Assembly (NCBI GenBank): GCA_044376115.1
Contig: JBILLK010000022.1
Location: 1 to 64,000, forward strand
Direction of reading: 5' to 3'
DNA: 64,000 nt
From: Polyangiaceae bacterium
GTDB taxonomy: Bacteria; Myxococcota_A; Polyangia; Polyangiales; Polyangiaceae
The notes under the pieces are model-generated. The model did not search any database and was not told the DNA's origin. It saw only the letters and a list, made by a program, of their open reading frames with translations. Position numbers and translations under genes: made by a program. Numbering within the stretch: position 1 is the first letter of the stretch; the number at the start of each line of letters is the position of its first letter. Below are positions 1 to 8,631 of the stretch, piece by piece.

Positions 1-3
1 GGG

Positions 4-510
4 ATGCGCCTTCTCGCGCTCTTCGCGGCCAGACGCGCCGTTGCCTGCTGGCAACTCTACTGTGACGACACGACTCCGCTCGACGGCGTACATACGGCCG
101 AGCGCGTTCTTGACGGGAGCGCCCCAGCCTCGGACCTTCAGCGCTTTCTCCTACCAGCCAATCCGTCGTACCGCGGGGTGCCAATCGTTGACTGTCGCGA
201 GTGTGATACCAGCTGCGCCGCCGCGGCTGTTGCTCACATGGCTCGCCTCATTATGAATGCTGCTCCGCGAGACCTGGCCATCTGCATTAGCGCCGCCGAC
301 ATGGCTCTTGACCAGTCCCCGCTCGGCCGGCGCGATCAGTTTCGGCGCTGGCTGATCGAGACCGCCATCCCGGCAGCACTCGACCAACGAGCTCTGACTG
401 CCGAGGAAACCTCGCGCTTTAGAGACTTCTCCCCGGCGGAGATCGAAGTCGATCGCGAGGCGGATGACCACTCCCCTTCCGACGAAGCTGCGCCGCCGTG
501 GAGGCCGTGA
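4..510 (+). CDS. Hypothetical protein, possibly 5'-truncated by the window edge; first visible putative gene cassette
   Basis: 168-aa ORF followed by an attC-like repeat at 542-627. The N-terminus (LALFAARRAVACW...D..P...AERVL.G) loosely recalls Imm5-like immunity proteins; unverified. Confidence 0.5.
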   Translation: MRLLALFAARRAVACWQLYCDDTTPLDGVHTAERVLDGSAPASDLQRFLLPANPSYRGVPIVDCRECDTSCAAAAVAHMARLIMNAAPRDLAICISAADMALDQSPLGRRDQFRRWLIETAIPAALDQRALTAEETSRFRDFSPAEIEVDREADDHSPSDEAAPPWRP

Positions 511-541
511 TGGCAGTTCTGGAAGTGAGGCGGCGAGCGCC

Positions 542-627
542 GGCTAGCGTGGCGTTGCTGCGGACGGATTGGCTGCGGTCGCCGTCGGCTCCTCTTCCGC
601 CCGCTGGTGCACGCCGCTACGTCAGCC
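542..627 (+). other. Degenerate attC-like recombination site
   Basis: GGCTAGC-GTGGCGTTGC...GCACGCCGCTAC-GTCAGCC imperfect inverted repeat. The ends are one-mismatch versions of RYYYAAC and GTTRRRY. Confidence 0.55.
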
Positions 628-685
628 AGACCCCTGGAGCAGCGCATCCCGGAGCGGACTGAGCAGCGATCCTTGTGCTTGAACC

Positions 686-705
686 TGGTATTGCGCGTGA
701 TACCA
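686..705. promoter_or_regulatory. Palindromic operator upstream of the PIN/RHH toxin-antitoxin pair
   Basis: TGGTAT-TGCGCGTG-ATACCA; 16 of 20 positions are self-complementary; lies just upstream of the likely toxin start. Confidence 0.5.
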
Positions 706-713
706 TTTGCCCA

Positions 714-1133
714 TTGCCGGTTCCCAAGGTGGTGCTCGACACGAATGTGCTCATCGCGGCACTACGCTCGCGACGCGGGGCCTCGTTCGCGCTGCTCGAG
801 CTGGTCGGGACTGGGGTCTTCGACCTCGTCCTGTCGGTGCCGCTGGTTCTGGAGTATGAGGACGCGGCGCTTCGCGGCCGGCTCGCCCTGTCAGCGAAAG
901 ACGTCGCCGCCGTCATCGACTACCTCTGCGCGGCATCCATTCACCAGCCCATCTACTTTCTCTGGCGCCCTTTCGTGCCAGATCCGAAGGACGACATGGT
1001 TGCGGAGGTCGCGTTTGGATCGTCCGCCGACTTTCTCGTCACACACAACCTTCGTGACTTTCGGCGCATGCCCGAACTCGGCGTCACCCCCACTACACCG
1101 GCCGTCTTTCTCAGAAAGCTCCGACACCCATGA
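714..1133 (+). CDS. PIN-domain (VapC-like) toxin
   Basis: VVLDTNV...EY...DPKDD...LVTHNLRDF acidic PIN motifs. Start uncertain (TTG714, GTG729 or GTG675). Overlaps the next gene by ATGA. Confidence 0.9.
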   Translation: MPVPKVVLDTNVLIAALRSRRGASFALLELVGTGVFDLVLSVPLVLEYEDAALRGRLALSAKDVAAVIDYLCAASIHQPIYFLWRPFVPDPKDDMVAEVAFGSSADFLVTHNLRDFRRMPELGVTPTTPAVFLRKLRHP

Positions 1134-1426
1134 GCACCCTCAGTCTTCGCCTTCCCGAGTCCCTGCACAAGCGTCTCGCTGACCTCGCTGACCGCGAGGG
1201 CATTTCGATCAACCAGCTCATTGCCACTGCGGTGGCTGAAAAGATGGCCGCATTGGATACTGAGCAAGTTCTCGACGCACGTGCAAAACGTGGCTCCAGG
1301 TCTCGCTTTCTTGCGGCCCTCGCGAAGGTCCCAGACGCTCCGCCGGTTCCGGGAGACGAGCTCCCCACTGACCGACCGAGAACCCGAAAGCCCGTAGCCA
1401 AGCGAGCCGCGCGAAAGGCAGGCTAA
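1130..1426 (+). CDS. Ribbon-helix-helix (HicB-like/Arc-type) antitoxin
   Basis: MSTLSLRLPESLHKRLADLADREGISINQLI RHH signature; translationally coupled to the PIN gene. Confidence 0.85.
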   Translation: MSTLSLRLPESLHKRLADLADREGISINQLIATAVAEKMAALDTEQVLDARAKRGSRSRFLAALAKVPDAPPVPGDELPTDRPRTRKPVAKRAARKAG

Positions 1427-1532
1427 CGGCGTCTTGCACCCACGCTGAACCTGCCTCAGCGCCAATTTCGCACGCTTTGAATCGGCTCTGCTTCTCAGGC
1501 AGCCCACATAGCCGAACGTCAATACGTTAGAC
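1421..1532 (+). other. attC-like site
   Basis: GGCTAAC (contains the antitoxin stop codon) ... inner stem CTGCCT/AGGCAG ... GTTAGAC. Both ends match the RYYYAAC and GTTRRRY consensus; 112 bp. Confidence 0.7.
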
Positions 1533-1556
1533 CGACTTCTTAACCCATTACGTCAC

Positions 1557-2078
1557 ATGAGACTCTACCGGTACGTCGGCCCTGCTCATCTTGCCGAGCA
1601 GGCGCAATCGCAGATTCCGCGCTGTCAGCCGGGAGGCCCGGAGGAGCTGAGTGCCTGGCTCACGGCGGAGCGATATGCACTGCCGGTAACGCTCACCTAT
1701 GTGGTGACCGCGGACGGCCGGTTGCGCGTGTCCGCCCGCAATTCAGAGCACGTAACGTGTGCACGTGGCGAACCGGTGCGCGCCGCCGGCGAGATCGGAT
1801 TCCGGAACTCAACCGGCAAGCCTTTCGTTGATTTCCTCACCAACCAGTCCACCGGCTATTGCCCCGAGCCGGCTTGCTTCGGCGCAGCAGCAGAGGCGCT
1901 CGTGGAAGCAGGGTTCGCCGCGCCGCCAGGCTTTTCGCATGAGTTCATCTTTCGCCGCTGCCCGACCTGCAGCGGCATCTCGATCGTGAAAGAAGCCGAC
2001 TTTGAGTGTGCGGCCTGCGGCTCAGCTCTACCGCTGGGATGGAACTTCGATGACACATCAAGGGCGGCAGCGGTCTAA
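1557..2078 (+). CDS. Hypothetical protein with H..AAGEI..NQSTGYCP motifs and a C-terminal CxxC-x12-CxxC zinc ribbon
   Basis: 173-aa ORF bounded by GTTAGACCG (1526-1534) and its exact reverse complement CGGTCTAAC (2071-2079). Confidence 0.75.
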   Translation: MRLYRYVGPAHLAEQAQSQIPRCQPGGPEELSAWLTAERYALPVTLTYVVTADGRLRVSARNSEHVTCARGEPVRAAGEIGFRNSTGKPFVDFLTNQSTGYCPEPACFGAAAEALVEAGFAAPPGFSHEFIFRRCPTCSGISIVKEADFECAACGSALPLGWNFDDTSRAAAV

Positions 2079-2101
2079 CGGGCCTCAGGTAGAATCCGCA
2101 A

Positions 2102-2833
2102 ATGCGATCCCTCGGACTTGAGCGCTATCACCGCGTCGTTGTTCTGACAGGGGCAGGCATCTCTGTCGCATCTGGATTACCCACGTTCCGTGGACCTGGT
2201 GGCCTGTGGGAGCGGCCCGGCGCAACGATTGTGAACGCTTCCACGATGCAGAGCGATCCGGGGCGCGTGCGGGCGCTCTTCGATGAGCTGCGCGCACTCG
2301 CTCTACGCGCCGAGCCCAATGCGGCACACCGAGCTCTCGCACGCGCGGAGGAATCTCTCGCCGCGCGTGGATCGACCCTCACGCTTCTTACCCAGAACGT
2401 TGACGGCCTTCACCAGCGCGCTGGTAGCCAGAACGTTGTCGAGCTTCACGGCTCATTGTTTCGCGTCCGATGCTCCAACCCCGCATGTTCGACTGAACCG
2501 TTTCTGCTCGCCGCAGCTCAAGCGGGCGTCGCGTCCGCCTGCTCGAGCTGTGGCGCCACAATACGTCCAGACATCGTGCTCTTCGACGAGCCCATGGCCG
2601 CGAAGCCCGAGTGGGATGCGAAGAGATCGTTGCGCGAGTGCGATCTGTTCGTCGCTGTCGGAACATCGGGCACCGTGTCGCCCGCTTCGAATTTTGTGCG
2701 TTCGGCCGCATATGCCGGAGCGCGCACCGTTCTCGTGAACCTAGAACCCATGAGCCCCGCGCATCCAGATTTCCACGAACAGATTCTCGGCCGCGCAGAG
2801 GATGTGCTTCCTCGACTTTTGGAATCTGCCTAA
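2102..2833 (+). CDS. cobB: SIR2-family NAD-dependent protein deacylase (CobB-like)
   Basis: GAGISVASGLPTFRG, TQNVDGLH, ELHGS, Zn-binding cysteines, RPDIVLFDE, VGTSG. Confidence 0.92.
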   Translation: MRSLGLERYHRVVVLTGAGISVASGLPTFRGPGGLWERPGATIVNASTMQSDPGRVRALFDELRALALRAEPNAAHRALARAEESLAARGSTLTLLTQNVDGLHQRAGSQNVVELHGSLFRVRCSNPACSTEPFLLAAAQAGVASACSSCGATIRPDIVLFDEPMAAKPEWDAKRSLRECDLFVAVGTSGTVSPASNFVRSAAYAGARTVLVNLEPMSPAHPDFHEQILGRAEDVLPRLLESA

Positions 2834-2963
2834 CTGGGCGTTGGCCAGACGAGGAGACCGCGCCGACTTGATGCGGTTGAAGGAGGGTCCGCGCTTTGGT
2901 GAATAGGGTTAAAGTCCTTCAAGCGCGCCGCAGGGCTCCGTTCGGCGAACTCCCGCGTTGCCA
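2828..2963 (+). other. attC-like site
   Basis: GCCTAAC-TGGGC-GTTGGCC ... perfect inner stem TTGAAGGA (2877-2884)/TCCTTCAA (2915-2922) ... GGCGAAC-TCCCGC-GTTGCCA; 136-bp imperfect hairpin. Confidence 0.7.
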
Positions 2964-2971
2964 AGGTCCCC

Positions 2972-4189
2972 ATGATCATCGACGAAATACGCATTCGGAA
3001 CTTCAAAGCACTGAAAGACGTGCACTTGAAGAGCCTGCCCGCGACGTCGGTCTTTATCGGTAAGAACGGAACCGGCAAGACAACCTTGTTCCGCGTCTTT
3101 GCGTTCCTGAAGGAGTGCCTGAGCAGCAATGTCCGGGTCGCCCTCCAGCGAGAAGGTGGGTTGCTCGGTTTCAAAGAGGTGCTCAGCCGCGGTCTTGATC
3201 CGGAGCAGGACGTCATCGCGATCGAGATCAAGTTCCGCATGGTGATCGCCGAACAGCAGCGCTTGGTCACGTACCATCTCGAGATTGGACAAGAGAAGGC
3301 CAGGCCGATCGTGCGCCGCGAGATCCTTCGCTACAAGCGTGGGGCAAGCGGAAAGCCCTTCCACTTTATCGACTTCAGGAATGGGAGTGGCACAGCGGTC
3401 AGCAACGAGGAGGACTTCAACAAGCCGGATGAAGAACTAGACCGCGAGGAGCAGACGCTCGGCTCCGCGGACAATCTCGCAATCAAGGGCCTGGGTCAGT
3501 TCGATCGCTTCAAAGCCGCGAAGGCGTTTCGGCAACTGATCGAAAACTGGCACATCTCGGACATCCATATCAACGCCGCACGAGGGGCCAAGCCTGCCGA
3601 CGAGGGCGAACATGTTTCGTCACAAGGCGACAACCTCCCTTCGGTCGCTCTGCGGCTCTTCAATGAGCACCGCCCAATCTTCGACGAGGTGTGCCGCAAA
3701 ATGGAGGAGCGGGTGCCCGGAGTGAAGCAGATCGAAGCGAAGCCGATGGAGAACGGCGCGCTAGTGATCCGCTACCGCGATGGAGCCTTCGACGAGCCGT
3801 TTCTTGACCTCAATGTCTCGGACGGGACGATCAAGATGTTTGCGTACATGCTGTTGCTCCACGATCCTAAGCCGCACAAGATCCTGTGCGTGGAGGAGCC
3901 GGAGAACCAGCTCTATCCGGAACTGATGCTGTTACTCGCCGAGGAGTTCCAGAGCTACGCGCGCCGTGGTGGCCAGGTATTCATTTCAACGCACTCCCCG
4001 GAGTTCCTAAACGCCGTGGAGCTTGAGTCGATCTTCGTGATCGAGAAGGAGCAGGGGGTGAGCCAGGTGTGGCGAGTGCAAGATGATCCGCTCATCGCTG
4101 GCCTGATGAAGGAGGGTGACCACGCTGGCTACCTTTGGGGTCAGGGCACGTTCAAAGGGATCGGGGCCCGCATCAAGAACAAGTCATGA
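2972..4189 (+). CDS. ABC/AAA_21-type ATPase (SMC/RecF-like)
   Basis: IRNFKAL; Walker A GKNGTGKT; signature-like VSDGT; Walker B VEEPENQLYP; H-loop STHSP. Confidence 0.9.
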   Translation: MIIDEIRIRNFKALKDVHLKSLPATSVFIGKNGTGKTTLFRVFAFLKECLSSNVRVALQREGGLLGFKEVLSRGLDPEQDVIAIEIKFRMVIAEQQRLVTYHLEIGQEKARPIVRREILRYKRGASGKPFHFIDFRNGSGTAVSNEEDFNKPDEELDREEQTLGSADNLAIKGLGQFDRFKAAKAFRQLIENWHISDIHINAARGAKPADEGEHVSSQGDNLPSVALRLFNEHRPIFDEVCRKMEERVPGVKQIEAKPMENGALVIRYRDGAFDEPFLDLNVSDGTIKMFAYMLLLHDPKPHKILCVEEPENQLYPELMLLLAEEFQSYARRGGQVFISTHSPEFLNAVELESIFVIEKEQGVSQVWRVQDDPLIAGLMKEGDHAGYLWGQGTFKGIGARIKNKS

Positions 4190-4730
4190 TCGTGATCTTC
4201 ACTGAGGAACGGTCGATGAAGGCCGCCCTCGAAGGGCTGCTGGCGCAACAGTTCCAGGCTTGATTCAAGGCCAGGACTGGTTCGTGATCGCCTTCAACGG
4301 CAAGAGCGACTTGGAGAAGAACTTCCTGGAACGGATGAAGAGGTGGAACTACGGCGCCCCAATGTTCGTGGTCCTTCGAGACAACGACGGCAGTGACTGC
4401 AAGCAACTAAAGCAACGCCTCGAGAAGCTTGCGCAGCCGATGAGCAAACCCTTCAAGATCCGTGTCGTATGCCAGGAGTTGGAAAGCTGGTTCATTGGCG
4501 ATAGTCACGCGGTAACTGCTGCGTTCCCGGGCTGCCTCTTCTCAAACACCACGGCGAAGTACCGAAACCCGGACAAGCTAACCAACGCGTCGCAGGAACT
4601 GGCCGAACTGACGGGCGACCACTCAAAGGTGGGCCGAGCCTCCAAGATCGCCCCCCACTTAGACCCAGCCAGGAACCAATCCCGCAGTTTCCAGGTCCTC
4701 TACGAAACCCTGAAGAACCACCTGAAGTAG
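4186..4730 (+). pseudogene. DUF4276-like (TOPRIM-related) protein, frameshifted near 4253
   Basis: ATG4186 gives MIVIFTEERSMKAALEGLLAQQF, then a stop. Adding one C in TTCCAGG restores FPGLIQGQDW and joins the 4260-4730 frame (LRDND, QELESWF, NQSRSF). Real lesion or assembly error. Confidence 0.75.
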
Positions 4731-4748
4731 CGGTGGTCACGGCACTGT

Positions 4749-4782
4749 CCGTAGTGCCGTTGGCAGCAGCCGGGCACTACGG
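4749..4782. terminator. Hairpin between convergent genes
   Basis: CCGTAGTGCC/GGCACTACGG 10-bp perfect stem followed by GTTTG. Confidence 0.45.
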
Positions 4783-4802
4783 GTTTGACCCCTAAGCGGA
4801 GC

Positions 4803-6527
4803 TCAGGGCTCAAACTGCGCGAGGACCGAGCAGCGCCCCAGGGGATTGTCCGGTTGGATCGGACCCAAGCCCAGGTCGATGGTGCTGTCATTGTCGAAGA
4901 TGGTCCACAGCCGGCCCGTCTGCAAATCGCGAGCGATGGCCACGTTGTCTTGCGCGCCAGGGAGCGGTAGCTGGCGGACGTAGTCTACTGCACCGGTATC
5001 AGTGAGCGAGAACAGCGCCACATCCGAGAAGCCTTGCGAGTTCAGAGGAGTGCTGGCAAGGTCCGCAGTCCCGCGAAAAGACAGCGCTCCCAAAACGCCA
5101 TCGGCATTACCGCGCGCGAGGGAACATTGGTATTGAAAGGGCATAAGTCCTGGCAGCTGATACTCCTGCGCCCAATCGTGGAGCCCGTTGGGGCGCAAAC
5201 CCCAGATCAGGCCTCCGGTGGCGCTGGAGAGATTGACCGCTACGCCCTGTCCCGGGGTCACCGAAGGTCCAGCGTGATAGCCGCAGGACACCAAGCCGCT
5301 ATTCGAGGCAAGCAGCGCTGGTGAAGAGTGCCCGCGAGCGATCCAGGTCTCGGTGCCGGCGCTATCGAGTTGCAGCAGCCAATTGCCGCCGCTCACCGTG
5401 CCCAAGGCTCCAGCTAGCATTTGAGTCGAGACGCTCGATCCTCCCACGTAGGCGTTACCACCATCCGTGGCGAGCCCGTCAATGAGTTGTTGCCCTCCTG
5501 GAAAACCAGCGGGCTCAGTATAAAGTCGGCCCCAAGCCGGTGAAAGATCGGGGTTCAGGGCAATTAGAAAAGCGTCGCCACTGGATGCGGAGCCACTCGA
5601 GAGCGTGTTTCCTTCAAGAGAGATACTCATGCCCTGAGCCAACAGACCGCCAAAGAGGTATTGACCATTGGCGAGACGCACCGCAGCAAGGACGTTCGGC
5701 GGCTCGCCGAACTGATTGATGGTCGCGGGAATATACTTCTCAATTGCAGCGCTACCGGTATTGTCCACGGAGACTACGACCAGACCGTTACCAACGATAG
5801 ACAGCTCTCCACCGTTGCCAAAAGTTGCGCCAGGAAGAGAACCTGGATTGGGTGCAAAAAAAGCTAGCACTCTATCTTCTTCAACAACAACGCGAATTAC
5901 CTTCTCCTCAGTCGCGGAGTCCTTCGGGTCGTTCATGTGGTAGGCCCACATCAGCGCTCCCGCGGTGTCGTAACGAGCAATGAACGGGCTCGCGTCGTTG
6001 TTTTGGCCAATCTCGTCACCGGGCTCGTCGTCAAGATTCAAGAAAACGCTGGTCGAGACCAAGACAACGCCGCCGCCCGGAGCTGGATAGAGCGCAGTGC
6101 TAGCCATACCGCTGTCGAGCTCTCGGACGAAAACAAAGTCTCCACGGGCCTTGCCGTCACAATCCTCATCACCCGGAGTTGCGAAGTCCTCGCTCGCCGG
6201 TAACACCTCGCCAACGCACGTCGGAGTGGTTGCGCAATTGCCCCAAGTGCCCTGTTTGCAAAGGGCACCTGGTACGAGGTTGGCTGGGTCGCCGGTGTAA
6301 CAAGCCGTGCCGTCTTCGCAGCTGGAACCGCCGGTACCGCCACCGCCCGCAGCTCCGCCCGCACCTGCACCGCCTCCACCATTCTGCAGACCTCCAGCGG
6401 TTCCGCCTGTGCCTCCTCCGCCCGGCGCGCCACTTGTGGCGGAGAGTTCTCCCTCCTCAATACCAAAGATCAGGTTGCAACTGGCCAGGCCGAGGCAAAG
6501 CACCAAAGATCCACCGAGTCGAAGCAT
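4803..6527 (-). CDS. Lipoprotein with Gly linker, one Cys-rich repeat and a beta-propeller-like C-terminus
   Basis: Lipobox LASC; CYTG..C..G..C..CVGEVLP..E..DEDCDG repeat; repeated DAF/FIARY..G..W blades. Confidence 0.7.
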   Translation of the reverse strand: MLRLGGSLVLCLGLASCNLIFGIEEGELSATSGAPGGGGTGGTAGGLQNGGGGAGAGGAAGGGGTGGSSCEDGTACYTGDPANLVPGALCKQGTWGNCATTPTCVGEVLPASEDFATPGDEDCDGKARGDFVFVRELDSGMASTALYPAPGGGVVLVSTSVFLNLDDEPGDEIGQNNDASPFIARYDTAGALMWAYHMNDPKDSATEEKVIRVVVEEDRVLAFFAPNPGSLPGATFGNGGELSIVGNGLVVVSVDNTGSAAIEKYIPATINQFGEPPNVLAAVRLANGQYLFGGLLAQGMSISLEGNTLSSGSASSGDAFLIALNPDLSPAWGRLYTEPAGFPGGQQLIDGLATDGGNAYVGGSSVSTQMLAGALGTVSGGNWLLQLDSAGTETWIARGHSSPALLASNSGLVSCGYHAGPSVTPGQGVAVNLSSATGGLIWGLRPNGLHDWAQEYQLPGLMPFQYQCSLARGNADGVLGALSFRGTADLASTPLNSQGFSDVALFSLTDTGAVDYVRQLPLPGAQDNVAIARDLQTGRLWTIFDNDSTIDLGLGPIQPDNPLGRCSVLAQFEP

Positions 6528-6621
6528 CGGCGCATTGTGCATTAAAGTTGCGCGGGTTGGATCTTTTTCAAACAAAAGTCGAACGGCCCGCCCCAGATCG
6601 AGCGGGCCGCCAAGCACAAAC

Positions 6622-8487
6622 TCACTGGCCCATATTGAGCGCGCCCCAAGTCTGCGCTGCCATCGTCCAATCACCTTCGTCGTTATTGTCGGTATTCTCG
6701 CGTTGAATGCTTACGCCGGTCGCGTTCATCGCGGTCCCATTGAGGTCGAGTACCGCGTTTGCCCGGAAGCTGCCGTCAACGTATCCGCCAGGCGGGACCA
6801 CTCCCGCGAGCGTGAACCACTGATTGGCCGCAGCCACAATTGCAGCCGCTGTCTCAGAGTTTACCGCGGTGTTCACATCCAGGTCGCTATCGGCCGCAAG
6901 CACGGCGTCTTGAAGCGTCCCCAACCCATCCCGAACTTGGAACACGTTGTCAGTGTTAAACAGTCCATTGTCCGCAGACCAGAAGTCCCAGGCAGTTGGG
7001 TAGTTGGCCGCAATCGAGAACTGGTCCTTGCTAACAGTCTCGTTGGTACCGGCGCCGCAGTTTACGCCGTTCATGTGGATTACGATGATGTCGTTGGCTG
7101 CAACGATCATGTCGGGCATCGTTATGAGGTTGTCTGCCCGCTCCGTCACCGTGAAGCCCGCAATCGTTCCGCCGGAGATAACCCGAAGTTCGAGGAGATC
7201 GCAGCTGCCCGTGATATTGGCGTTAATCTCATTAATCTTCAGCACCGCCGGCGTCAGGAAGCCGGTGAAGTTGGTCATCATCGCGGCGCCGATGGGGGTG
7301 TCGAGGGTGTCTTCGACGGTGGCGGCGACGGTAACGGTGTAAGCGGCACCGGGGGTTTGCGCGGTGGTGGTGGTGACGGTGACGGTGTTGCCGCTGACGG
7401 TGGCCATGTTGGCGGTGAGGCCGTTGAAGGTGAATTGCGAGCCGTTGGCCAGGACGGAGGCCGGGTCCACGTTGCGGCTAAAGGTGATAACCACGGTGGT
7501 GGCCGAGGCGGCGATGGCGCTCTCGACGACGGGGGCATCACAGGTGACGTCCACGATGTCTGCTGCGTCTACGACCGAGGGCTGAGCCACGGCGTTGAAG
7601 CGCCACATGACGCCGTAGTCGACGTCCACGAGGCAGCCCTCGGTGAGGTCGTATTGGGCGCGTACGGCCTCGGGGAGGCGGAAGCGGAGGTCGGGGCTAT
7701 CGAGCGAGGTCAGCAGCTTGGCAGCGACCTGCGGCGCGCCTGCGCTGTTGAAGGGTCCGTCGATCTCGCCGAGGAAGGAGACGGCGCGAGCGCTATAACC
7801 ATTAAGGCCGCTGACGGCGTCCATCGCTGCGGTAATATCGGTTACGAGCGGGCCTACTGGGTTATTGCTGGAGTTAACCGAGAAGCCGGTCACGCCGTCT
7901 ACTTGCTTGAGACCGGCGTTGGTAATGACGCTGGTAACCGTCAGGTCTACCGAATCGCCCACCGCGGGGACCGGGGTCAAGGTGGCCGGGTCAACGCCGA
8001 TGAAAACGGCCGGGCCCATCTGCTCGGCCTGGAGGAAGAAGCCGGCCGGGTCCTGGCCGAGCACCGGCTTTACATAGGTAACGATCGCGCCCTCGATCGG
8101 GAGCGTGAGGCCGGTGCCGTCCGCCGAGCCGGTGACGACAGCGATCTGCTCGCTGGCGCTCATGCCGGGCATACCGCCCATGCCGCCGGTGCCCATACCG
8201 CCGGCGGCCATGCCGCCCATACCGCCCGCGCCGCCAGGGCCCATACCGCCGGGGCCAACTCCGCCCATACCGCCGCCGCCGCTGGCTGCGCCGCCGCCAC
8301 CGCTGGCCATCCCGCCGCCGCCTTCGGCCGTACCGCCCTGCCCGGCCTCACCGCCGTTGCCACCGCCGCCGGGGTTTTCACCGCCGCTGCTGTTTCCGCC
8401 TCCGCCAGAGGAGCCGGAATCACCGCAGCCGAGCGCGGCAAGGGTCAACACACAAAGGAAAGAGCTGAAGTTGGAGCGGTTGCGCAT
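6622..8487 (-). CDS. Lipoprotein with Gly/Met linker, OB-fold-like, Ig-like and lamin-tail-like domains
   Basis: Lipobox ALGC; GFFLQ; VVITFSRNVDPASV (Ig-like); LKINEIN...DLLEL (LTD-like). Confidence 0.7.
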   Translation of the reverse strand: MRNRSNFSSFLCVLTLAALGCGDSGSSGGGGNSSGGENPGGGGNGGEAGQGGTAEGGGGMASGGGGAASGGGGMGGVGPGGMGPGGAGGMGGMAAGGMGTGGMGGMPGMSASEQIAVVTGSADGTGLTLPIEGAIVTYVKPVLGQDPAGFFLQAEQMGPAVFIGVDPATLTPVPAVGDSVDLTVTSVITNAGLKQVDGVTGFSVNSSNNPVGPLVTDITAAMDAVSGLNGYSARAVSFLGEIDGPFNSAGAPQVAAKLLTSLDSPDLRFRLPEAVRAQYDLTEGCLVDVDYGVMWRFNAVAQPSVVDAADIVDVTCDAPVVESAIAASATTVVITFSRNVDPASVLANGSQFTFNGLTANMATVSGNTVTVTTTTAQTPGAAYTVTVAATVEDTLDTPIGAAMMTNFTGFLTPAVLKINEINANITGSCDLLELRVISGGTIAGFTVTERADNLITMPDMIVAANDIIVIHMNGVNCGAGTNETVSKDQFSIAANYPTAWDFWSADNGLFNTDNVFQVRDGLGTLQDAVLAADSDLDVNTAVNSETAAAIVAAANQWFTLAGVVPPGGYVDGSFRANAVLDLNGTAMNATGVSIQRENTDNNDEGDWTMAAQTWGALNMGQ

Positions 8488-8631
8488 AGCGATCTCCGTG
8501 ATGGGTGCGCGAACGTTCGCGCGGGACCTTCCTTACGCGACTCGCATAGGCGAATCCAGCCTCGACGGCTGCCTAAGGCTTGTGTCACTCAAGTGTTGCA
8601 ACGAGCGACGCCCTCCCCGCGTCGGCGTAGC

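Noticed and set aside
2102..2833. Sirtuin as a Thoeris/DSR-type defence NADase
   Set aside because: It has the canonical CobB deacylase motifs and Zn-binding cysteines, with no ThsB, pAgo or HerA partner.
4186..4263. Programmed frameshift in the DUF4276-like gene
   Set aside because: No slippery heptamer or stimulatory structure is evident; a single-base loss explains it more simply.
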